NCBI GenBank assembly: GCA_020891255.1
Contig: BQFW01000002.1
Span: 3,658,001 to 3,722,000 of the forward strand
Reading direction: 5' to 3'
Origin: Entomortierella parvispora E1425
Lineage: Eukaryota; Fungi; Mortierellomycota
DNA length: 64,000 bases
Positions 11,519 through 22,924 of the stretch are shown one piece after another; positions within the stretch are counted from its first letter, which is position 1, and every line of letters begins with the position of its first letter. Both the position numbers and the translations under genes were made by a program. The notes under the pieces were generated by a model. That model was not told the DNA's origin. It searched no databases and worked only from the letters and a program-made list of their open reading frames with translations.

Positions 11519-13162
11519 TCATCTAAACCGGGGTGCCAGAGTATCAATTTCGATCATGGGCCAGTGCTGACGAAACCATTGCTTCTCTCGTTCGCCAATC
11601 CCCACCACTTCAGGCCCCAGCTTCCGTAAGCGTTCCAGGGATCCCAGCCATTGGTCCAGTTGTCCTGGAACTTTCAATTCTTGACGAGTTCCATAATGAT
11701 TCAAGATGGAAAAAGCGCTGAGTGTTTCCAATGATCGAAGGCCTGTTATTAGAGAAAAGACATCTGAATACAAGAGTGGCGACGAGGAAGATTATGAGTC
11801 AAGTTACAGTGATTTTGTTCGATTTCCTTCATTCCAAAGAAAAGAAAAGGGATCTCTGATACTACCTTCACTTTCTCCTGAAGCGACAAACACGGTCTCG
11901 TCAATGTTGGATTGCGCTATTCGGGCTCTTCGTTGATCAGAATTCAACAATAACATCTCCCTGTCGACGCCCTCAGGGACGTTCATGAATTCCAATGCAA
12001 GCTCTTTCAGCCCCAAGCAACACCAAGGTCGAGGGTCCTCCAAAAGATCCAAGCTTGATATAATACCGCCTGCACGAAACACCTCCAGGTTGGGCATCTC
12101 GCACATCATGGCGTGTGTCGCTTTTCCTGTCAAGTCGCTGCAGCCCCTCAAATCCAGTCTTTGGAGTGTTTTCAAATGCCGAGGATGCGCCTGGAGAATA
12201 TTCCAGCTTTCCAGATTGAAGGCTGATTTACTCAAATCCAAACATGACAATCGACGGACCGATGACAACAGCCGGCGCCAGTCCTCATTCCTAAACAAGA
12301 GCCTCGGGAGGGCTATTTCCTCTAAATGTTGACATGTAGGGCCGGCGGCCTGAACCCAGTCCGCCAGCTGCTGCATCGGCGAGAACTCATGAAGCTGGTT
12401 ATATGTCTGGAATGGTATTACCCATGTTAGACGCCTAAGGTCCGGACAATACTCAATCAGCCATGTATACGCCTGAAATGACGCAATAGGGTGGCAGATA
12501 CGCAGTTCCTGGATGTGCGACACATCAGCGTCAGTATTGTCGCATCCCGAGGACCGTATCCAGGTTGTTTGGGTCTCCTTGAACAGAGAGGAATGCTCTG
12601 TCCACGAGGACAAGTCGCTCAAGGATAAAAACAGCAGCCTTGACCATAGTGATTTGTACTGGCGAATCCACTCTTGTATTGGCCAGACTTCCTGTTTGAA
12701 GAGCTTCTTCAGAGGATTGCCATGTATCTGTAGCCGTGTGAGATTAGGGCAGTCATTCAAAGCCTCAAGGGTGGGTGGTCTCATCGCATCGGTGGTAACG
12801 TCTATCAGGGTTGCGGCATGCTTCTTGATGAAGTACGTACGGAGGAGCATGCTGTCTTCGTAAGCGCCGGATCTGTAGTCCAACGTTGAGAGATAAGGGA
12901 AACTCATGTTAACCGTTTCCATTTCCCAGGCAAGGGGGTAGTCTATGGAAAGCCTCCGAATGTAGGCCGCATTCTTTCTGAAGGTATCCATAGGAGGCCT
13001 CTTCTCTTTCCTCTTGATCCTGAGATCGTACCAAAGGCGAGGAAGGAGGAGGTTGTACCAGAAGCGAGAGACGCGAATACTGGATGCAAGGGTGGGTCGG
13101 CCCAGATATAGGCCGATTTGGACCAGCAGCTCGGGGACGGCAAGAGGGTTGTTGGGCTCCAT
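11519..13162 (-). CDS. F-box-like / RNI-type LRR protein, paralogue D (2 exons)
   Basis: Begins MEPNNPLAVPELLVQIGLYLGRPTLASSIRVSRFWYNLLLPRLW and is strongly similar to B. Intron 11865-11764 (G|GTAGTA...TTCAG|AT) joins the exon 11763-11519 in frame. Confidence 0.85.
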
Positions 13163-13526
13163 TAGGCAATTGTCTTTCATCACCATGTGGAGAACAGATT
13201 GGGGAGGGGAAGAAAGGGGTCGAAGGAATGGGTGCGAGCATGCATACGCGCATGCATGCATCTTGGTCGCCCTTTAAGGGTGTAAGGTCTTTCTCGTTCA
13301 AACTTCCAAAGGGGCAGGTTGGCCGTTGCGCTCGCGCCACTTTGCTGCCGACAGACAGATGTGCCCATTGCAGGGCCATCTCCTTCCTTCTTTTTTTCAT
13401 CTCCCTCCTTGCTTTTGTTTTCATCTCAATCTCCATTCATTATCACATCTCGCCAGTGCCACCACATCTCTCCTCTTCTCTCCTCACGGCCATTGCCACT
13501 TCCTGGTATCCTTCTTTGAAGCGATC

Positions 13527-15008
13527 ATGGTCTTCAACCTGACCGCTGCTCTCAGCCCTCTGGAGACCCTCGTCAACAGCGTTCCTTGGCCAGAGACTGC
13601 AAAGACCCGTCTCTACACCCTGGTTACCACACACTCCGCCAATCCCTTGCCCTACATCCTCCTCTCAGATGGTCTCTTTCTCTCCATTTGCTTCTCTTGT
13701 GGGATTTCACTCTACTACCTCCTCATAGCTCCCTTTCCCAAAACAACGTTTGCGAAACAAACTTTGGCATTGCCTTTGTTGACAACGTTAGCGTTGACGC
13801 CGCTGTTGTTCACTTGCCCCACAAAGATCTTCCACATGGCCATGGCCGTCACTGCTGCAGGTGTCTCCCAGAGAATGGTTGATCTTTATTATATCCAACC
13901 TTGGACTGGAGTTCAGACCAAAAACTTGCGAGGCAAGGAGCAGAATGGAACGCACCCTGGAGACGTTGACCACATGGGAAAGGACCCTTCTTCATCAATC
14001 CAAGGGTCCGTGACCCTGCAGCCTGTTGTCCGCAACAGGAAATCGACGTCCGCTCACAAAAGTCAAGACAAGAGCGGCGAGCCCCACCTTGCATGGACAC
14101 AGGACATAGATGGCGTCAAGAAGAGCAGGGACACGCTCCTGCATTGGGACATGGATCGGTTCATGACAGAGATGTGGTCGCCTCTTCGAAAGTTTTCTGC
14201 CACCTCCTCTTCCTCAGACTCGTCCGTTCAAAAACGATTCATCGCTGGACGGGACATCCTGGTTCAGACTCTGGTCTACAAGTTTGCGATGGACTGGGTC
14301 CTTTATGGTGTCTCGTTTGTCACTCCAGAACAGGCTATGGGCTTCTCAAAGTTTCATTATGGACTTTTTGTGGCTGCTGGAGGAGTCTTGATCATGATGT
14401 TGATCCTCTGGCCCGTGTACTCGTTTGCGTTAGGCTATGCATTCATTCAGGATCAAAAGTTGGATCTGTTGGAGTGGACCATGTTGACTGCCTACTTGCC
14501 TTGTTTTGCGACAACACCGGTCGGGTTCTGGGCCAATTGGCACACGCTCTTCCGCTATATATGGGTCGACCTTGGATTCTTGCCTGTCCAGCGGTTTTTT
14601 CGTAAAGAGAGACTGAAGAAGAAAGGCGGTCGGGGAACGACGGCGTTGGCTGTGGCCGAAGAGGCGTTGCCAGTGTTGGCGGTGTTTGCATTGTCAGGGA
14701 TCATGCACGCGTATATTGTATACGCTGTCTGGAGAGAATCTGTCTGGAGTCAATTGGTGTACTTTTTGATCCAGGGGCTTGCGGTCGTCTTGACGAGGGT
14801 GTCGGAGCGGACTGTCTTTGGAAGGTGGATACACGCAAAGAGGAAAGAGTCGAGAACAAACCAGAGATTGTTCGATGTGCTGGGCTGGATGCTGATGGTG
14901 TTGTTCCATGTGGTGACGGCCCCGATCTTCATGTACCCATACGTCGCCCAGGGAATGTGGCTCCATATTCTAGAGCTCAGTCCTGTATGGTGGTTGCTAG
15001 CGAAATAG
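13527..15008 (+). CDS. Membrane-bound O-acyltransferase (wax synthase-like MBOAT_2), single exon
   Basis: Multiple hydrophobic helices. Motifs FWANWHTLFR and FALSGIMHAY match the MBOAT_2 FW..WH..FR / F..SG.MH pattern. First plausible ATG is 13527. Confidence 0.8.
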   Translation: MVFNLTAALSPLETLVNSVPWPETAKTRLYTLVTTHSANPLPYILLSDGLFLSICFSCGISLYYLLIAPFPKTTFAKQTLALPLLTTLALTPLLFTCPTKIFHMAMAVTAAGVSQRMVDLYYIQPWTGVQTKNLRGKEQNGTHPGDVDHMGKDPSSSIQGSVTLQPVVRNRKSTSAHKSQDKSGEPHLAWTQDIDGVKKSRDTLLHWDMDRFMTEMWSPLRKFSATSSSSDSSVQKRFIAGRDILVQTLVYKFAMDWVLYGVSFVTPEQAMGFSKFHYGLFVAAGGVLIMMLILWPVYSFALGYAFIQDQKLDLLEWTMLTAYLPCFATTPVGFWANWHTLFRYIWVDLGFLPVQRFFRKERLKKKGGRGTTALAVAEEALPVLAVFALSGIMHAYIVYAVWRESVWSQLVYFLIQGLAVVLTRVSERTVFGRWIHAKRKESRTNQRLFDVLGWMLMVLFHVVTAPIFMYPYVAQGMWLHILELSPVWWLLAK

Positions 15009-15241
15009 ACATAGAAGACACAGGTAGAAAGGTTCCCATCGCCATTATCGTCACGAAGAATACAGACGCGTTTTTTTTATCGTTCGGATTTGAGTTGAAA
15101 TTGTTCGTCTGTCGTGTGTCTGTGTGTCTGTGTTGTGGCTTTCGATCGCCTCTGACAAAACGACAAAACGGGCGCGTTTCGTCGGGTCCATCATCTTCTT
15201 CTCTCATCATTACTCCTTCCTTTTCTTCATCCCTGCAAGAA

Positions 15242-16803
15242 ATGTCGCGCTCATTGCTCATCTGCGGCCTGGCTGCTTCCCTCGCCATGGTTGCAACGGT
15301 CTATGCTGGTACCGTCGCAGTGGCTCCTTTGCTTTCCCTGGTATATCAGGACCCAGTCTTGCTCATTGCTTTCTCCGCTCCTCTGTGTTGATCAACCTGA
15401 TAGATGCTACCACGGACAATGTCAACTCTGCTGCCGCACCCTACTTTGAGTGTAAGAATGAATACAGAGTACAGCTCAGGACGAATGGACTCTTGCAGGA
15501 TTTTTTTTTTCAATGGACCAACTTGACAATGGAGAAACGTAACAACCGTATTGCATGCATCTCACACGGCAATGGTTTTCATTCTCCAATGTAGCCTTCC
15601 AGGAACTTCGTGAACGGTTCGGTCATGAGCTCATGTACCTCAGCTTCATTCTTTTGCTCCTGATCACGTATCTGGTCGGAAAACGCCATAACGAAGTCTT
15701 GGCCAAGACGACAATGGCAGTGATGCTGCCCTTGTTCCGTTCCAACTTTTCCCGCGTTGGAGACAATGGAGCCGAGTTGGCGATCGATGCTCCTCATGAG
15801 TACATCATCTACTTGACAGGAAGACGCCATGTCGCCACAGTGCATGGATTGATCAAGATGAAGCCTCGTCAGGATCTCATCAGGACCCTCTTGACCTTCT
15901 TCTCCACCCCCACCCCCGATACCTGCACCTTGAATGTGACCATGAACCCTGACCAGTACTCGGATGGTGTCTTTGCCATCGTCCCCAAGAACACTGGAAC
16001 CGCTCTCAGAAACAAGTTTTACGACTTGACCACTTTCACAAAGGCGTCGAACCAGAAGGTCTTGGATGATTCCTTGATCACTTTGACAGAGTCCAGCGAG
16101 TTGACAGATGCGATCATGCCCTTGGTTGGCGAACATTTCAACAAGGCCGCCAAGTGGTTGGATTACTTTATTGTCTCGGATCAGCCCTCTTACAATCCTG
16201 ACAAGTAAGGATCATTGGAGTCAACTTTCGGAAGGATAGGTGGACTTGCATTCGTTGAGGCTGTTGGGTCGGATCATAACATAGGACCATTGAAGATTGG
16301 CCCCGTTCTCATCTTTTGTTTTTCTAATGGTGATAGCCTCCCTACCGAACCTCATCCCAAGCGCATCTCCCTGTCTTTCCGTCTTCCTAATGCCAGAAAC
16401 GCTCGTGAGATCTTGCCCTTGGTTGAGGCTCTCATCGCCTGCTTGGATGGTCTCCCCCAGGATTGCCATGTCTCTACCGTGGTATGAGATCATTTCCCTT
16501 CATTTTTTTTTTTTTTTTTTTTTTTGGTTGATCTGTGAAGAAAATTTGACACTAATTTCTTTGACGTTTTTTTCTCTCTCTCTTCAGATCAAGTCCAAGA
16601 TTGCAAAGGCCAGAGAGGAGGCGCAGAAGGACATTGGAAAGAAGGCCCAACTGGAGCGTGCCAAGGAGTTGGAGGAGAAGCGCTTGAGAGAGAAGCGTGA
16701 GCAGGAGAAGCACCTTTCGCCCGAAGCCCAAAGAAAGTTGGCAGCCAAGGAGGAGAAGAAGGCGCTCAGGAAGCGTCAGAAGCAGGTCACCAAGCGCGGT
16801 TAA
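15242..16803 (+). CDS. CCDC47: PAT complex subunit CCDC47 / DUF1682-like ER membrane protein (about 5 exons)
   Basis: Signal peptide MSRSLLICGLAASLAMVATVYA, TM segment followed by YLVGKRHN, motif YLTGRRHV...MKPRQDL, and a basic coiled-coil tail (LSPEAQRKLAAKEEKKALRKRQK). GT-AG introns join the pieces. Confidence 0.8.
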
Positions 16804-17072
16804 AGTCGCACGCTGGATGTTTGGGACAAATTAGACATGGATTTGGAAATACGGAATGTGTAGGATACAGAGAGATTTGTCCATGGATCATTGCGAAATA
16901 CACACTTTTTCTTTTTATTATATCGACGGTTTTGTCCGTGCCGTGGTCCTTGTCAAAGATAATTGTGCCAATGCTACAAAGAGTAGTGAACAAAAGGGAG
17001 GTGATATGTAGCAGAATGGTCAAGTATTGAATTCCTGTCCAGCATTTTATACAAGACGATCAAGTGGCATCC

Positions 17073-18335
17073 TTAAGGACGACCGTTGGGATCCAGCAGT
17101 TGGTCCATGAACTCGGCAGCAGTTCCTTGTTTGGTCAACATACCGACACCGGTGCCAGACCAGAGTGGGAGCAAATCAAAGTCCTGTTCCTGAGTTGCTC
17201 TGACCCAATCTGCCTTTGTTCCCGATCGGTCCTCCTTCAACAGCTTGAAGGAGTCCTCTCCAGTTTGTTCGTAGAGACCGAGTTTTCGCTGATCTTCTTC
17301 TTCGCGCTCGGTAACCAAATTGCGGACCACGCGTCCATCGAATCCGATTGGATAATCAAACTCGCGGAGCTCATCAAAAATCCTGGTCCGGACCGTACTC
17401 ACGCCTCCATCCTGGATCTTGAGAAGCCTCTCCTTCGCATGTTGAGGGCCTGCAGATTCCACTGTGGGCATAAAGCCCGTTCCAATCACCACTCCAGAAG
17501 CACCCAAGATCGTTGTCGTCAAGAACTGTTTACCAGTGGAAATACCACCGGCCGCAAGCAACGGTGGGATGGGCAGTTGACCTCCAGAGGCCTCTGCATT
17601 ATCCTTCAAAGCCTGAACGGCCTCGGGAAGAAAAGTGAAAAGAGGGACCACTCTTTGAGCTCCATGTCCTCCCGACTCGGTGCCCTGAAGAACAATCACG
17701 TCTACCTTGTTCTTTTGAGCCTCAATGGCCTCCTCCAAAGTTTGAACTTGGACAATAACCCTGGTCTCGGGAGCTCCATGATGACGGATAAGATCCAAAT
17801 AAGGACGATAGTTGCCGAACGAGAGCCAGATGGCGGCTGGGGGGCGGACCTCTTCCAAAGCAGCGCCTTTAGAGAATTTGGGATCGCCTTCTCCACGAAG
17901 GATCCGCAACAACAGTTCCGGACCCTGTCGATCCAACCAGAACGTGACAAAGCCGACGGCGTAAGGCATGTACCTTTGGTGGGGTCGTCCTTGTTGTTGC
18001 TGTTGGACAGGGGCCGCGGCAACAGCAGACTCTTCTTCCTTGCTGTGGTCGTCGTGAGCGATGGTCGAGGGGATCGTAAGAAGATCCTTGACGATGGCGT
18101 CAGGATTGGTGAAATAACCGATCGCGTAAATGGGCAAGCCGCCATGGTTGGCTACAGCAGAGACGAGTTTAGGACCGGCCCAGCCGTTCATGGGCGCGGA
18201 GACGATGGGTTTTGTGATCCGGGGCGTGTTCCGAAGGACGGGGGGGATGGAGAGACTGTTCTTGTAAGTGATGTGTTTAAACAGACCCAGGAACGCGTTG
18301 TAGCCGTTGCTACCAGCAGAGACGGCGGCCTTCAT
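17073..18335 (-). CDS. Nitronate monooxygenase / 2-nitropropane dioxygenase family FMN enzyme
   Basis: Motifs PIVSAPM, VSAVANHGGL, VIVLQGTESGGHG, LLAAGGISTG, GVVIGTGF and LWSGTGVG. Single 420-aa ORF. Confidence 0.9.
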   Translation of the reverse strand: MKAAVSAGSNGYNAFLGLFKHITYKNSLSIPPVLRNTPRITKPIVSAPMNGWAGPKLVSAVANHGGLPIYAIGYFTNPDAIVKDLLTIPSTIAHDDHSKEEESAVAAAPVQQQQQGRPHQRYMPYAVGFVTFWLDRQGPELLLRILRGEGDPKFSKGAALEEVRPPAAIWLSFGNYRPYLDLIRHHGAPETRVIVQVQTLEEAIEAQKNKVDVIVLQGTESGGHGAQRVVPLFTFLPEAVQALKDNAEASGGQLPIPPLLAAGGISTGKQFLTTTILGASGVVIGTGFMPTVESAGPQHAKERLLKIQDGGVSTVRTRIFDELREFDYPIGFDGRVVRNLVTEREEEDQRKLGLYEQTGEDSFKLLKEDRSGTKADWVRATQEQDFDLLPLWSGTGVGMLTKQGTAAEFMDQLLDPNGRP

Positions 18336-19085
18336 AGTTGTTTGTTGTTTGTTTGTTGCTGGCTATGGCCCGTGGTCCGGGAGTTAGAGAGGAGAGAGGG
18401 AGAGAGGAGGAGAGAGGAGAGAAAGACTCGCGGCGTGAGGAGGCTTGCTGAGGAATGAGAAGAGGCGGGTCGAGTTTTATAATTGATGAAGAATGAAAAA
18501 GAAAAGTGACAAATGCGCCGTCATTGCATCATTGCCTGTCATTTGCTGAGTCATGCAAGTCATTGTCATTGTGCCATTGCCCCCCTTCCCAGAGCACAGT
18601 CGGGATCCCCTCTTTGGGATAGACTCGCCTGGGCGAAGCGCAGTTGCAAGCGCGGGGTTGACGCCCGACGCCCACGGCGCGTCTGATCCCTTCATGTACT
18701 CCAATGCGTCTTTCACGTGCAGGACAGGGTATCCTCCATGCGACCAGATTGACCCACACGCACACGCACACATACACACACGCACTCCTCAGCCAAGCAA
18801 GTTGCCGTGGCTGTGCGACCAACAAACACTCAATTGAGGCCCGAAAACGCGCTTCGTTCGTGTCACATGACGACTGTGGAGAAGAGAAAGAACAAGCCAA
18901 AAAAAAAAGTGATCGGCTCGGTCACCCTTTCCTTGTGACACTTTCGTTCTTCTCTCTCCCCACATCAACCCTCATTCTTCCACTTTTGTTCTCATTCATT
19001 CTCCTTCCGTTGACCATCCCTGTCTTCTCCCTTCTTTCATTCCCCCTCCTCCCCTCTCTGCATTTGCATTCTCCATTCGTCCAAC

Positions 19086-20234
19086 ATGCTCTCTCAAAAG
19101 TCGCGTCAGGCCCTCGATACTCTAAAAGAATACTCACCTTATATAGATCATTATCAGACCTCAAAAAGGTCGGCTGTCCTCGTAGCTCTCGTTGCAAATC
19201 CTGAAGGCGAACTCGAGGTCATCCTTACTGTCAGGTCCTCTGCTTTGCGCACAAACGCCGGAGACTCGGCCTTCCCTGGAGGTACAAAAAATAAACAAAG
19301 TGCGTGGGTGGAGTTGTGGCGTCACTTTGTCTGCATGGATTTTAACTGTTAACTTCCTCTTCTTTTTTTCCAGGCAAGAAGGACCCCGAAGACGCTGATC
19401 TCATCGCCACTGCTGTGCGTATGCAACTAATTAAGCAAACATCCCTCTCCCCCCTTATTCAGTATTAACGAATTAACGCGACGTGGCGGCTTTGTTGTCT
19501 TTCTTTGAATTTCATTTCAATTCAATGGATAGAAACGCGAAGCGTTCGAAGAAGTGGGTCTCCCGATCTCAGAGCCCGAGTTCCTGACCTCCTTCCCACC
19601 GATTCTCTCGCGTCATATGCAAGTGGTGACCCCCATCGTAGCCTTCTGCCCTCATTTGGCCACGCAAGATGTGAGGAAGAAGCTCTACCCTAATCCAGGG
19701 GAAGTCGTCGCCATTTTCACGGCCCCTCTCGAGTCCTTTCTCAGTCCGAATCCACCAGAATGCCATGAATCTTTTGATATGGATTGGATCTTTTCGCCGC
19801 ACCGGATTCATCGGTTTGAGCGGTGTGGTCGACACAACTTTTTGTTGGGACAACCGGATGGACAGTCTTCGTCTACAGGCTATCGGGAAGCTAAAAAGGC
19901 TGCCTCGCTGGGTGCCCTCGCCACGCGAGTGGAGGAGGGCATGCCCTCCACCTTTTCACCGCCGACTCTTCCTTTGCCAGAAGAATTAGAGAACAGTGGT
20001 ACTGGAAAGGTTGAGGAGGATGAGGAGGAGGAGGAGGAGGCTGGTCGGGCTGTAGATCGATCCAAAGCTGGGTGGCCTGTCTATGGACTGACGGCGAGTG
20101 TTTTGATTGAAGTCGCCACAGTGGCCTACCAACGAGAGCCAGACTTTGAGGTCTATGCACCGGGCCAGATGATTGACCAAGACAAGATCACGGAATGGTA
20201 CAATGGAAAATATGGCCCTTCAGCGCGAATGTAA
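19086..20234 (+). CDS. PCD1: Nudix CoA pyrophosphatase (PCD1/NUDT7-like), 3 exons
   Basis: SAVLVAL...LTVRSSALRTNAGDSAFPGG, then after splicing KKDPEDADLIATA-KREAFEEVGLP (Nudix box). C-terminal VYGLTASVL. Confidence 0.88.
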
Positions 20235-20381
20235 AATATACAGTGAACGATTCTCAAGATGAAGACTTTGAATGTTGATGAAAGGAAAGGAAGGATGTTG
20301 GAGATGAAGTGTTCCAAATGGGTATCTTATTTTTATGAAGGATGGTATGTTTTTTTTGTCTAATCAAGTGGGGTTTTTTTT

Positions 20382-22355
20382 TCACGAGATGGTGCAGACG
20401 GCCATGGACCGCCTTGCTTCAATATCTTTGATCCAGCCGAGGACCATGAGCAGCCTCTGGCGGACAGACCGTTCCTTGAGCAAATCATATTTCTGATCGT
20501 TCCTCACCGGAAGGATGGATCCGATCCAGAACGAAAAGACTTGACCCTCATCCTCGACCATCTCTCCAAACTCGCGTTCCAACCGCTGAGTGGCCAAGGG
20601 TCCGAGTCGCGTTTGCATATGGGCCACAAAGTCCAAGAGCAATTGCATCAATTGAGCACGCGTCAGAGTCTCGAGATCCAGCTCATGCAAATCGCGCAAG
20701 GAAAGTCGGTCAGACTCGATCGCGCCATCCTTGAACCGAGTTCCTCGTCTTGAGCTTTCCTCTCGCTCTTCTCTCTCGCCTCCTTCACCAGACGACCCTC
20801 CAACTGCAAAAGGATCATCGGCATGATTCGAGTCTTGGACCGAAAGCGATTCGGTCGTTGTAGTAGTCGTGGTCATGGTCGTGGTCGTGGTTGTTGTCGT
20901 GGTCGTTGTTGTTGTTTTCTTTGGGGAGGACGGTCTGCTTACCAGGAGATCCAGCTCCTGTCGGTCCGGCTCCCGATCCGGACCCGCGTCCACAGTCCCC
21001 TTTTTGGACCGGTGCTGTTTCATGGCCACTTCCAACATGACGGCTTTCTCCAGTCCCAATTCCTGGGCCTCTGGTAGATCATGGATCAGCTCTATAGCGG
21101 TGGCGGTATAGTAGCCTTCCATCATCGAGTAGGTCAAGATCTGGAAACGAGACACGCCTACCGTCTCGACCAAGGCTCGACCGTCCGGCAAGAGTTCACA
21201 CGACATGACCTTCAACAACGTGCCCGTGTCCGAACTCGGCTCCCAATCGGCCTGCTCAAGCCGATGTTTTTTTAACCGTGGGGGCAATACCATCCCAAAT
21301 AACTTGCTCTCAGTCTTCAAGACGTTCCGCAACATCTTTCGGTACCGGGGCTCAAAGACGAGAAGGTAGCAAGGCATGCGAGGAAAGATGAGCGCGTTGA
21401 TAAAGAGAGGGGTCATGGCCAGCGTCTTTTCCAGTTCATGATGCTCCACGATCGTCGGAGCGTTATTGCTGCTTGTTGCGGAAAAGAAAGGATGTGTTGT
21501 TGCTGTGGTGGCACCGTCCCCATCCCCTGCAGGGCCTGATTTGTCGCGTGAAGACGAGGGCGGGTTGTCCAAAAGAAACTGGATAAAGCGAACAAGGGCC
21601 TTGTTGGGAGGTTGATTATGGAAATGCATATAGAGCGGTAAAGAATGCCGACAGAGCGGACAGCTCGGATTGTGGTCCAGGGACGTGATCAGACAACTGC
21701 TGCAGAAGGTATGGCCACAGACCGTGGTCAGGGGTCGGTCAAAGACCATGAAGCAGACCTGGCACTCGATCTCTTGTTGGATCTTTGGCCGGATCGTGTC
21801 GATGATTTGGAGGATGTTGTTGTAAAAGACCTTGGAGGTTAGACCCGACAGATTTGTTGGGGAGGCAGAGGCCGCCTTGGTGGTCTGTGGGGTAGTATAG
21901 GGGTCAAAGAGTCCCTCCAAGGTGGCGTCCCAGGCCGGATCGGGATTGGCATGGCTGCCATAGTAGAGCGTCTCGGGCTGATCGTGCTCGCGAGTGTTTT
22001 CATAGTCTTCACTGAGAAGGTTGGCGAGTGTTGGGGACAGCGAGGCAGCAGAGCGGAGCGAAGAGGTGATATTCTGCAGGGTCACGTCAACCGCCAGGTC
22101 CTCGACCAAGTGGATCCCGGACCGGGCACAGGCGGGGAGGGGACATTGTATTTGGGATTGGAAATCAATTGTCTGTGGGGTGGGGATGCATGCATGGCAG
22201 AGCGAGATGCCACAGGGCAGAGTGACCGGGCTGTGTAGAAGAGTGCGGCAGCGATAGCATTGGAGAGGGCGGAATGAAGAAGGAGTGGCACGCGTGCGCT
22301 CGGGGGGAAGTCGCAACGCCGAGTCGACAAAGGAGGAAGAGGCGGAGGTGGCCAT
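20382..22355 (-). CDS. LON peptidase N-terminal domain and RING finger protein (LONRF-type E3 ligase)
   Basis: N-terminal RING-like CYRC...PCGISLCHAC; RING CQVC...CGHTFC..C...CPLCR; LON-N motif IFPRMPCYLLVFEPRYRKM; C-terminal KYDLLKERSVRQRLL. Confidence 0.9.
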   Translation of the reverse strand: MATSASSSFVDSALRLPPERTRATPSSFRPLQCYRCRTLLHSPVTLPCGISLCHACIPTPQTIDFQSQIQCPLPACARSGIHLVEDLAVDVTLQNITSSLRSAASLSPTLANLLSEDYENTREHDQPETLYYGSHANPDPAWDATLEGLFDPYTTPQTTKAASASPTNLSGLTSKVFYNNILQIIDTIRPKIQQEIECQVCFMVFDRPLTTVCGHTFCSSCLITSLDHNPSCPLCRHSLPLYMHFHNQPPNKALVRFIQFLLDNPPSSSRDKSGPAGDGDGATTATTHPFFSATSSNNAPTIVEHHELEKTLAMTPLFINALIFPRMPCYLLVFEPRYRKMLRNVLKTESKLFGMVLPPRLKKHRLEQADWEPSSDTGTLLKVMSCELLPDGRALVETVGVSRFQILTYSMMEGYYTATAIELIHDLPEAQELGLEKAVMLEVAMKQHRSKKGTVDAGPDREPDRQELDLLVSRPSSPKKTTTTTTTTTTTTTMTTTTTTTESLSVQDSNHADDPFAVGGSSGEGGEREEREESSRRGTRFKDGAIESDRLSLRDLHELDLETLTRAQLMQLLLDFVAHMQTRLGPLATQRLEREFGEMVEDEGQVFSFWIGSILPVRNDQKYDLLKERSVRQRLLMVLGWIKDIEARRSMAVCTIS

Positions 22356-22924
22356 GGTTGGTCGTAGGTTCGTAGGTTGACAGGGTCTTGTGTCCAGGCA
22401 GGGACAGGCGAGAACAGAGAATGGAAGAGGAATGTGGCAGGGCAGTCAAGTCAATGGAGACGAGCGGGGGTAGGGGCGAAGGAGAAGGGAAGGAAGAGAC
22501 GCGAAAAGAGCAATTGCAACGGCGTCGACAGTCGAAGAGGGAGAATGGAAGGAAGGAAGGAAGGAAGGAAGGAAGGAAGGAAGGAGGGAAGGGATGGATG
22601 GATGGTAAAAGTGACAGGACACAGCGAACAGACTCACTGCACACTCACACTCACACTGCACTGCACACTCGCACTGCACACCACCCCGGCACACACACTG
22701 AACAGACTCTTTTCTCTGGGCTGTGCTCCCTCTCTCTCCTTCGCTCCTTCTCTGCCCCCTGTCTCCCCTCTCTCTATGCTTTGCCACCATCCATCCCCCA
22801 TCCCATCCTCTCTTGATTCCATCCATCTTTCTTTCTTTGCTTCCTTTCTTTCCCTTCCTCATCTCATCCTCTCCTCTCCATCCCCTTCCTACCCTTCCTT
22901 CCCTTCCCCCCGACTGCCTGTGCA

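Noticed and set aside
17064-18458. 464-aa plus-strand ORF
   Set aside because: Antisense shadow of the nitronate monooxygenase; no motifs of its own.
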